Shown: positions 36,256 to 46,572 of the stretch, one piece after another
How positions within the stretch are numbered: position 1 is the stretch's first letter
Layout of the letters: every line of letters begins with the position of its first letter
From: a virus
Virus record (IMG/VR): IMGVR_UViG_3300036817_000261
Location: 10,106 to 74,105 of that record
Length of the DNA stretch: 64,000 nt
Strand: one strand, 5' to 3'
Notes under the pieces: model-generated
Database searches by the model: none
The model's input: the letters and a program-made list of their open reading frames with translations, nothing else
What the model was told of the DNA's origin: nothing
Made by a program: the position numbers and the translations under genes

Positions 36256-38073
36256 TTGCCAATGGATTTGGTGCAGTTTCGTCGCGACTGCGGTGAAGGG
36301 ACCGATGAAGAGTTAGTTAAAGCAGTCTATCAGGTCGACGCCACTGTCCAGAGCCCGGACCAAGCCAAGAGCTGGATCTGGGCTCTGATTAAGCGGCTCC
36401 TAGAAACTGAGCGCTACGGTGCCGCCGGAATGATTCTTTGGGGTGGGGCCCTCTTTAATTACGGGCCTGGGGCCGTCAGACAGCTGATCCAAAAAGTTCG
36501 CACCACCCAGAATTTGATCGTTCTGGGTGGTGCTGCTTTAGGGAAAACCTACACGCTCATTTGCTACCTTTTACTGGACTGGATCCGTGACCCAGAATAC
36601 ACCGAAATCAAAATCATCTCGACGACCGGCGGGCATGCGAAGAGTCAGAGTTTCTCGACGCTGCAACGTCTTTACCAAAACGCGATCGTCCCACTTCCGG
36701 GGCTGGCCATGGATATGTTTGTCGGCCTTAACCCTAAGGACAGACACTCCGCGATCACCCTCGTGGCAATCCCACAGGGCGAAGATGGTAAAGGTGTTCT
36801 CCAAGGTTTTCACCCAGTCCCCAGAAGCCGCGTTCATCCGACCTTCGGAGCTATGTCGCGCATCCGGGCGCTTCTGGACGAGGCGGAGGAAATTCCTTCA
36901 GGCGTATGGGAAGGCGTGGCAAATCTTCTCGCGAGTGCCTGGGGCGCTGAAGCAGTCAAGGTCTGCTGTGCTACCAACCCGCGAGACGTCACGAGCAAGC
37001 TCGCGCAACTGGCGGAGCCACCACAGGGCTGGACGCAGGTCGACCTCGACAAGGATAAGGAATGGTACTCGAGCGAAAGGTGGAACGTACTACGACTCGA
37101 TGGGGCTGATTGCGAAAACGTCCAAGAACGGCAGTTAGTTTTCCCCGGCTTCCTCACCTGGGACGGTTATCAGACCTATGCTCTGGAGCTAGGCGGCCAG
37201 TCGCCCCGCTACCTGACTTTCGGGCGCGGCATGTATCCGCTCTCGGCCTTCCAGAACACGCTGATTCCCTACTCGCTCTTAGAGCCGGTTATCGGCCAAT
37301 TCCTTTTCGATGGGCGCACGGTGGGAGCCGCCGGGATCGATCTGGCGAGCGAAGGTGGGGACCGGATTATTCTGGTAGTCGGCAAATACGGGCGAGCGGT
37401 CGGGTTCACTCCTTTGCGCGGCGTTCCCATCATGTTTAAGAAGCCGCGTTACGTGGTCCAGATCGATCAGTACTATGAAATGCCAAAGGAGAAAACGATA
37501 GCACTTGCTACCAGCCTGGAAGTTAGGTGCAAAGGTCTCAATATCCATCCTGACTGGATCACGGTCGACCGCACCGGAGTCGGGACCGGTGTTCACGATG
37601 CCATGTGCGAACAGTGGAGCGGCACTATCCGGGGAATTATGTGGGGTGCTGAATCGGGCGCGCGCAAGCTCCTGGCTGATGACCACGATTTCTCGGTTGA
37701 GATCTATGACGGGATCACGACCGAGATGCATATGCGGGTGCGCAAGTATCTCGAGTTTGGCCTCATGTGTATCCATCCCCAGGTGCAGACCACCCAGCTA
37801 TTCAAGGAACTCTCCAGCCGCCGCTTCCAGCCTTCCGGCAAAGGCCCATCGGGCAAACCGCGCATTCGTCTTGAGCCCAAGAAAGAGTTTAAAAAGCGGC
37901 TGGGCTGGTCGCCGGACATCGGCGACGGGTTAGTGCAGTTAGTTCATGGCTGCGCGTTAAACGGCCCGGAGAAGGCCTCTATGATTGGAAACAAACGCCC
38001 GGCGCTTTTGCCGGATTCCAACATCGGCCCGCGCGAACGCACGGCTTACATCGACTTCAGTCAGGATCTCTAG
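36256..38073 (+). CDS. terL: terminase large subunit
   Basis: Walker A GGAALGKT, Walker B LLDEAEE, ATNP coupling motif, RNase H-like GIDLA / DRTGVG / SPDIGD. Confidence 0.88.
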   Translation: MPMDLVQFRRDCGEGTDEELVKAVYQVDATVQSPDQAKSWIWALIKRLLETERYGAAGMILWGGALFNYGPGAVRQLIQKVRTTQNLIVLGGAALGKTYTLICYLLLDWIRDPEYTEIKIISTTGGHAKSQSFSTLQRLYQNAIVPLPGLAMDMFVGLNPKDRHSAITLVAIPQGEDGKGVLQGFHPVPRSRVHPTFGAMSRIRALLDEAEEIPSGVWEGVANLLASAWGAEAVKVCCATNPRDVTSKLAQLAEPPQGWTQVDLDKDKEWYSSERWNVLRLDGADCENVQERQLVFPGFLTWDGYQTYALELGGQSPRYLTFGRGMYPLSAFQNTLIPYSLLEPVIGQFLFDGRTVGAAGIDLASEGGDRIILVVGKYGRAVGFTPLRGVPIMFKKPRYVVQIDQYYEMPKEKTIALATSLEVRCKGLNIHPDWITVDRTGVGTGVHDAMCEQWSGTIRGIMWGAESGARKLLADDHDFSVEIYDGITTEMHMRVRKYLEFGLMCIHPQVQTTQLFKELSSRRFQPSGKGPSGKPRIRLEPKKEFKKRLGWSPDIGDGLVQLVHGCALNGPEKASMIGNKRPALLPDSNIGPRERTAYIDFSQDL

Positions 38074-38138
38074 TCTAGACTTGACCTGCCCTTTGGGCGT
38101 ATAGATCTCGCTATTGGCGTTTCTTGCACACCCATAGA

Positions 38139-38429
38139 ATGAGATCCATCCCAGCTTTCAGTAAAAAATCTTCACCGGGCCCCACAGTTGGCGGCAACGG
38201 TCAGCGCAGTGGTTTCACTGAGCACGTAAAATCAACTAACGCGGGCAAAAAGAAGGCAGTCCCGCACATGGCGGCGACCTATCCAACCGCCTCGACCTTG
38301 AACCGCACGACCGGTCGATCGAAAGCCCCTGCCTTTAACAACGAGCATTCCGGCAAAGCGGCTAAGAGTGTTGCGGCCTTTTCTCACAAATCAGTCAAGG
38401 GAACTCCCAAAAGAACTCCTGGCCATTAA
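38139..38429 (+). CDS. small basic low-complexity protein
   Basis: Lys/Ser/His-rich; TAATG coupling to the next gene. Confidence 0.55.
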   Translation: MRSIPAFSKKSSPGPTVGGNGQRSGFTEHVKSTNAGKKKAVPHMAATYPTASTLNRTTGRSKAPAFNNEHSGKAAKSVAAFSHKSVKGTPKRTPGH

Positions 38430-39064
38430 TGGCAGTTGAATATGGTATTGTTACCAGCGTGGTCCCGCCCGGTGGCTGGCACTACGTGCAGCGGTTAGCA
38501 AGCGGTCAGGATCATAAGATCATTGGATTTAGCTTTGAACAGTTAATCGAAAACATTCTCGATTTCCGCAGACGGCACCTCGAATGGTGCGGAGCGGAAA
38601 ATGCTAACGTCGAAGCCGTCCGAGCTGACTTAAAGGCTTACTACTGCGCGAACTTCCGGCAAAATTGCGCAGACTCCCACCCGGCACCGCAAAAGGCGCT
38701 GGGGATCGCTATTAACCGGCGCGACCAACCTCGCCCCATTGACCGGGCTGGTAACTGGTTAGCCGAAGTGGCTGGCTCCAAGCACGAGTTTCTCGACTCA
38801 GGGCTGGCCGGTCATCGTGCGCAGATCTGCGCCCAGTGCACCTTCAATATCCGCTGGGAAACACCGTGTGCCCCTTGCAACGAAACCATTCAGGTCCGGT
38901 TGCAGAACTTCCTTGGTAACCTGCGAACGCCTCTGGATCGCCAGCTGCACATGTGCCGCGTCTATGGCCATGTGAACAGCGCGGCAGTCTGGATGCAGAA
39001 CACTCAATCTCACGCTTCTTATCCCCCTCCAGCGCATTGCTGGAAGCAACAAAATGGCCAGTGA
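38429..39064 (+). CDS. Cys-rich putative Zn-binding protein
   Basis: PPGGWHY; CAQC, CAPC, CRVYGH, HCW. Confidence 0.7.
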   Translation: MAVEYGIVTSVVPPGGWHYVQRLASGQDHKIIGFSFEQLIENILDFRRRHLEWCGAENANVEAVRADLKAYYCANFRQNCADSHPAPQKALGIAINRRDQPRPIDRAGNWLAEVAGSKHEFLDSGLAGHRAQICAQCTFNIRWETPCAPCNETIQVRLQNFLGNLRTPLDRQLHMCRVYGHVNSAAVWMQNTQSHASYPPPAHCWKQQNGQ

Positions 39065-41534
39065 TAACGTTACCGAATCTTTTGGAGGGGAGCAGTTAGG
39101 CCGCTTTAACACCCCCCGTTTTGGAGAGAACTCCACAGAGGTCGTAAATAAGCCGATCGCGACCGCTCAGCAGGCTTTCGAGGTCTTCCAGCGGCTCCAG
39201 CGCGACAATCAGGCAAGGGCCAACCGCAACAAGTTGATCAGCGACCAGTACAACGGAGCGACTCCCTTTGATCAGAAAAAGCTGGATGCCAACGCACAGG
39301 GCTGGCGTGCGAATTTCTCCACTCTGGTACTGTCGACATTTGTTGACCGTGTCACACCACGGCTGACCGATGCCGTGCACGGTATGAAATACCTGACGGC
39401 GAGCCAGCTGCCCGACTCTTTCATCAACGCGACCAATAAAACAGAAAAATTCCGAGAGCGGACGACTGAGCAGCTTAGAAGCTGGAACGGCTGGGTCGAC
39501 TATGTCGAGCAGGTAGCGACCGAGAACGTGCTTTACGGTTACACCGCAGGAGTCCAGATGGACGAATTCGAGTGGAGGCCGCAGACCTTCCGCCAGGAGG
39601 ACACGCTTTTCGATGAACAAGCTCCGCAGTTGGCGGAGAAGCTGCCGGTCTTTGTGGTCAAAGCTAATTATTACATCCACGAAGCGTGCGCGATAATTGA
39701 AGACGCCGACTCGGCAGAGAAAGCCGGTTACAACGTCAGTAATATTAAGGCCGCTATCGAAAAAGCTGCGCCACCTTACGATTCGTTTGTCTATAACCCC
39801 CGGCAGCTCAGTGACATGGTCCGCGAAGGGAATTTGTACTATTCCTTCCATCGTTCGAGCAAGATGATTGAGACAGCTCACGTCTTTGTCAAGTGCTATG
39901 ACAACACAGTTGACCATTTTTGGGTGAACCGGAACGGCAGCAAGCGCTCTAATTCTAACCGCTCCAAGCCCATGGAGAAGAGCCCCTCCCAGACTGAGAC
40001 CGTACCGGGCGAGCCCCGGCCCATGGAGCAGGATCCTTACGAGCTGGGCTACTTCGAAGCCGTGGCTGAAGCGATGGATGATGTGATCACCCTTTTCAGT
40101 TTCCAGGCGGGCAATAACAGACTTTTTGGTAGTAAGGGAATCGGGCGGTTGCTCTACAACATCAGCTTGGCGCTAGAGAAAGCGCGCATGAGTTTTATCG
40201 ATGCGATGTACATCTCAGGGCTCTTGGTCGGCCAAGCCGAGGAGTCAATTATCGGGCGGCTCCAGCCCCATGTGCGCTCGCCTTTCTTGATTATCCCAGA
40301 AGGCTTTTCGCTGCTGATGCAGCAGTTCCGGGTCGACATCAATAACTGGCTGGGCCTGGATCAGAAGCTCTCCAACACGGCAGAAATTATTGCCGGAGCC
40401 TTCCTGCCTCAACAACAGCAGATCTCTAACAATGGTCAGCAGGTGCAAACTGCTACCCAGAGTTCGATTGACGTAGTCAAAGAGGAAGAAGTTAAAGACG
40501 GGATGATGAACCGGTGGTGGGTCCAGTTCACGCGCGGGGTCAGCTCCATGCAGCGCCGGATCTATTCCAAGACCAATTTGCGCGCCGCCATGAAACAGCG
40601 CAAAGCGCGCCTGAAGTCCACCGATACCGGTAAGACCATCATTTTCAGTGACCTCTACGACATGATGATGTCGGTTGACGATGACACTAAAAAACAATTT
40701 GATAGGGCCCCGGATTTAGGGGACGCCGATCAGGCAAGCGTCGAGACCATCATACAGCTTATGGACGATGGGCTTTCGATCCAAGAGATTATCATCCTGG
40801 CGCACGAACCGGCCACCCAGTTTACGCAGCACGCTGGAAGAGACGACGACATGATGTTCATGCAGTTCTATCAGTTGGCCAAAGGCAATCCCAACTTCGA
40901 TCAGTCGAAGTTAGACGAGCAGGCCGCAAACCGGATGATCGGCTTCCAGAACGCGAAAGAACTCTATGTGCCCCAGCCGGGGCAGACCACTGACATCGAA
41001 GCTCAGCGTAACCAGCAGATGGAATGGGCAACCATGTTAGGATCCGGTATCGGAGTCCAAGTAAGCCAGCGCGACCCGCATATGCAGCATTTCCAGACCA
41101 TTGTTCCGGCAGTCGCTGACCATCTCAAGATCGCAAGCCAGATGCCGCCGGTTCAGGTGCCTAAGGACCTCCTCAACGCCTGCAAATTGGGCGCGACGCA
41201 CGCCGAGGCCCACCTCCAGGCGATGATGCAATCGGGGGCGAATGAGCGCCAGCTTAAACCTCAGATCCTGCAAATGAAGGATCTGGAGAAAATGTACAAT
41301 GAGTTAAACCAAAAGATTATGCAGGCCGAGCAGATGGCCGCACAGATGCAGGCAATGGCGCAGCAAAACGCCGGAGTGGCCGGAATGGGAGCACCCCCAC
41401 AACAGCCGCCAATGGGCCCCAGCGGGCCGATGGGGATCCCCCTGGGTGGAAATGCTGCCGGGATGGGATTAGGAGCTGGAGGAGGCGCTAATGGCGCTAG
41501 CGGCATGCCTATGGCGGCGGGAGGAGGACAATGA
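39054..41534 (+). CDS. portal protein
   Basis: 826 aa after the terminase; helical, with Gln/Pro/Gly-rich C-terminus typical of podovirus-like portals. Confidence 0.75.
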   Translation: MASDNVTESFGGEQLGRFNTPRFGENSTEVVNKPIATAQQAFEVFQRLQRDNQARANRNKLISDQYNGATPFDQKKLDANAQGWRANFSTLVLSTFVDRVTPRLTDAVHGMKYLTASQLPDSFINATNKTEKFRERTTEQLRSWNGWVDYVEQVATENVLYGYTAGVQMDEFEWRPQTFRQEDTLFDEQAPQLAEKLPVFVVKANYYIHEACAIIEDADSAEKAGYNVSNIKAAIEKAAPPYDSFVYNPRQLSDMVREGNLYYSFHRSSKMIETAHVFVKCYDNTVDHFWVNRNGSKRSNSNRSKPMEKSPSQTETVPGEPRPMEQDPYELGYFEAVAEAMDDVITLFSFQAGNNRLFGSKGIGRLLYNISLALEKARMSFIDAMYISGLLVGQAEESIIGRLQPHVRSPFLIIPEGFSLLMQQFRVDINNWLGLDQKLSNTAEIIAGAFLPQQQQISNNGQQVQTATQSSIDVVKEEEVKDGMMNRWWVQFTRGVSSMQRRIYSKTNLRAAMKQRKARLKSTDTGKTIIFSDLYDMMMSVDDDTKKQFDRAPDLGDADQASVETIIQLMDDGLSIQEIIILAHEPATQFTQHAGRDDDMMFMQFYQLAKGNPNFDQSKLDEQAANRMIGFQNAKELYVPQPGQTTDIEAQRNQQMEWATMLGSGIGVQVSQRDPHMQHFQTIVPAVADHLKIASQMPPVQVPKDLLNACKLGATHAEAHLQAMMQSGANERQLKPQILQMKDLEKMYNELNQKIMQAEQMAAQMQAMAQQNAGVAGMGAPPQQPPMGPSGPMGIPLGGNAAGMGLGAGGGANGASGMPMAAGGGQ

Positions 41535-41791
41535 TCCCTCCGATGTGGACGGCCAGCGATGCCGCCGCTATCAACGATTTCCTGAATTCCAGACAAGGAA
41601 TCCGGTGGTTAGCCGCCTTGATGACGATGAAACCCAAAGTCGACATCACCAAAGGCACCGAGATCGGAGCGATGAGCGGGGCTTACGTCGCCGGATATGA
41701 GCACCTCCTTAATGAGGTCATCCCTAGCACTCGTGCGGTCAGAACCGAAGAGACCACGAGTTTGAAACCGATAGACATGACGAGAGATTAG
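41531..41791 (+). CDS. small head-assembly-region protein
   Basis: FLNSRQG...; ATGA-coupled to the portal. Confidence 0.6.
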   Translation: MIPPMWTASDAAAINDFLNSRQGIRWLAALMTMKPKVDITKGTEIGAMSGAYVAGYEHLLNEVIPSTRAVRTEETTSLKPIDMTRD

Positions 41792-41793
41792 CT

Positions 41794-43104
41794 ATGGCTG
41801 ATGACGCACCAATTTCCACCACGGTCCCTGAGACAGTAACGGTCGATCTCGGGGTTGATAAAGGCCAGTTGGGGGACCTCAATAAATCCTTTTCAGACTT
41901 CTGGGGTGAACAAGACACGGGCGAAGCCGCGCCTCCGGTTAAAGAAGCAGCTCCGGCGGCTCCGGCAGCGCCAGAAACGCCAACTAAAGAGGTCACACCG
42001 CAAGAGGAAGTTTCGCCAAAGGAGACCGTACCGGCCACAGGAACAGCCCCAGAACCGGTGGACATCGATAAGCTCGAGTTGACCGGCACTTACACGCCCA
42101 GGCCCGAGCACGCTGAGCAGTTTAAAAAGATCAAGGAACTGTGGAAGACTGACCAGCGCAGGGCTAATGAGGCCTTGCAGAAGGCCCAGGCGATGGAGCA
42201 GGAGTTGGCCCAGGCGCGCCAGAACAGCTGGACGCCGGAGACTCGAGCAGATTATGAGAATGCGGTCCAGATCCGCCGCCGGTTCGACTTCATGTCGGAC
42301 CCGGAATTCCTGAAGCAATTCCACACGCCGGTTCGGAGTCAGTTTGAACGGATCTTAGATGATGCGGTCAATGTCTTGCCCGACAGAGCCGCCGCTCAAC
42401 AGTGGGCTCAGCACATCAAAGCCAACTTCGGGCCGGACGCAGTCAACCGGGACTGGTGGCTTAACAGTGTAGTGGCCAAGGTGCCCAATGAGCTAGACAG
42501 GACTACTCTTCTTAATTCGGTTAGTAAACTCTTAGACCTGCAGAAGGACCGGGATAGCGAGATCACCCGGCGCACCAACGACAAAGCCAGCTTCGACAAC
42601 TGGATTAACGAGAAGTCCCAACGAACGGCCCAGCAGGTCGAATCTGAGATCATGGCTGAGATCGGCGAACAGGAAAAACGGATCTCCCAAGTGATGCCGG
42701 TCGATGTTAGTCAAGCCAAGACCAGCGAAGAGCGCGCCGCCATGGAGGCGCATAACGCCCGATTTCAGAAGCTCAACGATTTCTTTGTTTCTCAGGTTAA
42801 AGATATTTCCCAGCACGGCCCGCGCGCCTGGGTGCGGGTGGCAGTCGAGGCGACCCGGAGCCAGATCATGAATGAGCAGATAATCAACTTAGAGAAAGAA
42901 AACAAGGAACTCAAAGCCGAGCGCGATCAGTACAAAACTGACTTAGAGAAAATCACCGGGGCCCGGCGCAAGCTCGCGCAGACCACCCACACCCAAGCTT
43001 CCGGGGAGCCCAAGAAAAATGGGCAAGGGCTCAGTATCAAAGATCTCGGAGACCCCCGTAAATCCATGCAGAATTTCTGGGACGAGGTCGATAAGAACAC
43101 ATGA
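41794..43104 (+). CDS. capsid scaffolding protein
   Basis: Acidic Pro-rich N-terminus, coiled coils, position after the portal. Confidence 0.65.
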   Translation: MADDAPISTTVPETVTVDLGVDKGQLGDLNKSFSDFWGEQDTGEAAPPVKEAAPAAPAAPETPTKEVTPQEEVSPKETVPATGTAPEPVDIDKLELTGTYTPRPEHAEQFKKIKELWKTDQRRANEALQKAQAMEQELAQARQNSWTPETRADYENAVQIRRRFDFMSDPEFLKQFHTPVRSQFERILDDAVNVLPDRAAAQQWAQHIKANFGPDAVNRDWWLNSVVAKVPNELDRTTLLNSVSKLLDLQKDRDSEITRRTNDKASFDNWINEKSQRTAQQVESEIMAEIGEQEKRISQVMPVDVSQAKTSEERAAMEAHNARFQKLNDFFVSQVKDISQHGPRAWVRVAVEATRSQIMNEQIINLEKENKELKAERDQYKTDLEKITGARRKLAQTTHTQASGEPKKNGQGLSIKDLGDPRKSMQNFWDEVDKNT

Positions 43105-43539
43105 ATATCGCTGATCTTCCCCCACAGATCCGGTCCAAGATCCTAGTTGACGATTGTTGGATCTGGAACGGCGGAGTCACCCCCAAACGGTTACGGAAAG
43201 ATTAAATGGAAACGTCGATCACTTGGTCTCCATCGAGTGGTCTATGAACTGTTGGTAAGTCCAATACCACAAGGAAAATTATTGCATCACAAATGTCGGA
43301 ATCGACGTTGCTGTAATCCCGAACACTTAGAGGTCCTGACCCCGCTTGAGCATCAGCATCTTGAGGGATCACGCAGGAATATCGAAAAAAGCAGTTGCCT
43401 TCTAGGTCATCCTTTCGATCAGGAAAACACTTACTTTTACCGTGGCAAAAGAGAGTGTCGCAGTTGCCGCAGACAAGCAAACCGACGCTACGGAGAGAGG
43501 AAGAAACAATGCCAATTAATACGGATGCCGCAGCTATAG
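43101..43539 (+). pseudogene. HNH homing endonuclease split by a +1 frameshift
   Basis: MNIADL...DCWIWNG in one frame and NGYG...HRVVYE...HHKCRNRRCCNPEHL...CRSC in the +1 frame; junction CCCCCAAA at 43180-43187. Confidence 0.7.
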
Positions 43540-44891
43540 AAGCCAAATATGGTGGCAAGACCGGCCCAGTCCAGTCGCCTCCGACCGCAGAATTTTATTA
43601 TCCCGGTAGTGGAGAACCACCGCCAAAGGGGGCGGGTACGCACCAGATCCCGCAGGGAACGCCAGTTCCTGAAGGCAAATACGTCAGCCAAGTGGTCGGT
43701 CGCGGCATGCAAGTCATGCCTCCGCAGCAATACCAGCCTAACCAGCCCCAGATCGCCATAGTGCCGCCCCAGCCAACTAACCGGACTTCCCTTGGCACCA
43801 TCGTTGAACCCCTTCCCCAGATGGTGATTCCGACTAACACCAATCCCATGGTTGCGGCAGAACCGGAGCCGCCAAAAGAGCAAGTAAAGCAGCCTGCGCC
43901 AAAGCCAGAGCGTAAGCTCGATCTGGCCAAGGAGATCTGTGACCACATCTGGGAAATGGGCGGGGAGAAAAGCGACGAAGCCCAAAAGTTCTACGAGCGT
44001 TCGAGTACGACCTTAAAGAATTGGATGGCCAATCCAGCCACGATCCCATTGGGTGCCGTCCTCAAATTCATGCACCGCACGCCGGGCATTAAGGAGGCGA
44101 TCCTTGAAGAGCTCGAGCCCCACTTTGAGGCCAATGGCCAGGACAATTGGGTGACGAGCGCCCCTAACCGGACCAAGACCAATGTGATGATTTGCTCTGC
44201 CGTGCTCGACCGGCCAACGCTGCCCTTCACGACGGTCCTGGGCTATCTCACTAAGAAGTACGAACTGGGGTTCACCTTCCAGGCCGACACGATGATTCAC
44301 CGGTCGCGGAACATGCTAGCAAAACGTTTTTTAGATTCGGGCTGCTTATGGAGTCTGTGGATCGATGCCGACATTGCTCCCCCAATTGCTAACCCAGACT
44401 GGTATCGCTGGATAACCAACTGCACTACTGTGCCGCAGGAGTACTGTGGTTATGATGTGCTGGCACGTATGCTTGGGCAGTCCAAGGCCGTTCTGGGCGG
44501 CGTCTATGCCAGCCGCCGCTGGCATGGTGCGCTCGTGGTACAGCCTGAAATCAATCCGCGCACACACGAAGATAAACTGTTGTGTAACGAGATCCGGCGC
44601 GGCACAGCACGCGGCTTGGCTGAGGTTGATTGGATAGGATTTGGTTGTGCTCTGGTCCATCGGGAAGTCTTCTTGGAAGTGCAGCGTAACTTTCCGCAGC
44701 TGGCTCCGCAAACTGAACAGGCTCCCTGGCGCTATTTCCAGCCCGAAGGCGACGAAGGCGAAGATGAGGCTTTCTGCCGCCGGGTGCGGGCATGCGGGAT
44801 CCCGATCTGGTTAGATACGCAGCTCATTTGTGGCCACATCGGTTCAATGGCTTTCTTGCCGGAACACACCAACCCAGTCCTTGCCTTATGA
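43509..44891 (+). CDS. GT-A fold glycosyltransferase-like protein with Pro-rich and HTH-like N-terminus
   Basis: IHRSRNMLA...LWIDADI...IGFGCALVHREVF...GEDEAFCRR...IWLDT...GHIG. Confidence 0.75.
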   Translation: MPINTDAAAIEAKYGGKTGPVQSPPTAEFYYPGSGEPPPKGAGTHQIPQGTPVPEGKYVSQVVGRGMQVMPPQQYQPNQPQIAIVPPQPTNRTSLGTIVEPLPQMVIPTNTNPMVAAEPEPPKEQVKQPAPKPERKLDLAKEICDHIWEMGGEKSDEAQKFYERSSTTLKNWMANPATIPLGAVLKFMHRTPGIKEAILEELEPHFEANGQDNWVTSAPNRTKTNVMICSAVLDRPTLPFTTVLGYLTKKYELGFTFQADTMIHRSRNMLAKRFLDSGCLWSLWIDADIAPPIANPDWYRWITNCTTVPQEYCGYDVLARMLGQSKAVLGGVYASRRWHGALVVQPEINPRTHEDKLLCNEIRRGTARGLAEVDWIGFGCALVHREVFLEVQRNFPQLAPQTEQAPWRYFQPEGDEGEDEAFCRRVRACGIPIWLDTQLICGHIGSMAFLPEHTNPVLAL

Positions 44892-45283
44892 AACGTCGCT
44901 CGTTTTTGCAGATGCTTGCCGCTTTAGCGGGAATCCCGTTCCTGCCTAGAACAGCGGCTAAGCCGGTCGGCCAGAATTCACTTGCTGGCCCGTTTTGTCC
45001 CCCAGGCTTCCAGGGTCCGATTGGTCCCGCAAGTTTAGGAGTTCCGGTCGGCACCATCCAGCCTTACATGGGCAAGCATGCGCCTCTTGGCTGGTTGCAA
45101 TGTGATGGCAGAGTGATATCAGCTCACGAGTTCCCGGCATTGCACGCAGTGATCGGCAAACCCGGCAAAATCCCTTTCGCGTTGCCTGAGATGCGTCCCA
45201 ACCTCGGCCTCGGCGTTAGCCACCAGCAAGGCTTCCAGCCCTATAGCGATTTCACTACTCTCCAGTACATAATTAAGACATGA
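44888..45283 (+). CDS. Tat-signal plus tail-collar domain protein
   Basis: MKRRSFLQMLAALAG; PVGTI...GWLQCDG...FPALHAVIG; YIIKT end. Confidence 0.7.
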   Translation: MKRRSFLQMLAALAGIPFLPRTAAKPVGQNSLAGPFCPPGFQGPIGPASLGVPVGTIQPYMGKHAPLGWLQCDGRVISAHEFPALHAVIGKPGKIPFALPEMRPNLGLGVSHQQGFQPYSDFTTLQYIIKT

Positions 45284-46572
45284 AGCTCGACGTTTTCTAC
45301 GTCACCTACCGGAACGACCTGTGCTGGGTCGTCTATTCAGCACAGCTTTTATTTAAGTACCTGAAAGCTGATTTCAGGGTCCACATTGTAGCGGAGCCCG
45401 ACTGCGAAGAGATCTGTTCAACTTGGGGCCTGCCGTCAACCACCTTTCATTACGTTGCGCCCTGGCCGGACGGTTACGCCTTTGCGATGTATCAGAAGTC
45501 GATAGCAGATACTTACTCTGATGCTGACTACATCATGATTCTGGACTCAGATCACATGCTGATGCGCCCGGCCCAGCTCGAAAGCTTCATGGACGGCACC
45601 AAGCCGATCATCCGCTACAAAGAGTGGAACGATGATCCTAACGATGGATCCTTAATCGAGGGCAAGAAGCAGTGGGGGCCTCCAACCGAGCGCACGCTGG
45701 GAATACCGCTGGATCGGGATTATATGCGCGGGCCTCCCTTTATCTTCGCTCGTAAGACTTTTGCTCGCGTGCGGGAGCGGGTTGAAGAGGTGACCGGGTT
45801 GCCATTCCATGATGCCGTCTACTCGAATAAACCCTACGACTATCGGACATTCCTCACCCATCCCAAAGTCTACTGCGATTATGAGGCCCTGGGGCTCTAT
45901 GCGGCCAAGTTCGAACCTCATGATTACACCTTAGTGCACCAGCCGCCCAATGACGACTGGCCTTTCCGGGTTTTCTGGAGTTACGGCGATTGGACGCAAG
46001 AGACGCGGGATCTGCTAGACAGTTTACTATATCGGCCAGAGCCATTCGATGGCGATATCTATGTCCAGACTCGAGTCGCCAGCCTTGTTAGTAAACACGC
46101 CGTCGCTACCATCGTAGAGACCGGCACCTGCCGGGGCGATTCGACTAGGATCATGTCCCAGATGGCTCCTGTGGTCACGATGGAGCTTAACCCGGAGTTC
46201 TATCGCGCCACTAAGGACATGCCCAATGTGACCCGGCTCCAGGGCGATTCGGCTCAGCTTCTACCGAAGCTCCTGCCGGGAATCGCCGAGCCGATTCTAT
46301 TCTATCTGGACGCCCACTGGGGCGCTCACAGCCCACTCTTAGAAGAGCTGCAGGCTATCCGGCAGTGCCAGAAGCCTCCGGTTATCATCATTCACGATTT
46401 CCAGAACCCTTACCGGGACGACCTGGGATACGACACCTGGGACATTGGCCCCTACACCATGGAGCTGATTGAACCCATACTGGAGCAGATCTACCCCAAT
46501 GGCTATCTGCACCATCACAACATCGAAGCCTGCGGCCTACGGCGGGGGGTCGTCTACATCGAACCAGCATGA
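45280..46572 (+). CDS. glycosyltransferase-like plus SAM methyltransferase fusion
   Basis: N-terminal QKSIAD...ILDSD; C-terminal IVETGTCRGDS...MELN...GDS...FYLDAHW...IIHD. Confidence 0.72.
   Translation: MKLDVFYVTYRNDLCWVVYSAQLLFKYLKADFRVHIVAEPDCEEICSTWGLPSTTFHYVAPWPDGYAFAMYQKSIADTYSDADYIMILDSDHMLMRPAQLESFMDGTKPIIRYKEWNDDPNDGSLIEGKKQWGPPTERTLGIPLDRDYMRGPPFIFARKTFARVRERVEEVTGLPFHDAVYSNKPYDYRTFLTHPKVYCDYEALGLYAAKFEPHDYTLVHQPPNDDWPFRVFWSYGDWTQETRDLLDSLLYRPEPFDGDIYVQTRVASLVSKHAVATIVETGTCRGDSTRIMSQMAPVVTMELNPEFYRATKDMPNVTRLQGDSAQLLPKLLPGIAEPILFYLDAHWGAHSPLLEELQAIRQCQKPPVIIIHDFQNPYRDDLGYDTWDIGPYTMELIEPILEQIYPNGYLHHHNIEACGLRRGVVYIEPA

Noticed and set aside
39096-39917. Long antisense ORFs (also 2459..3067, 10680..11288, 21169..21843, 26717..27352, 59526..60209)
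   Set aside because: Shadow frames opposite well-supported genes in GC-rich DNA, with no recognisable motifs
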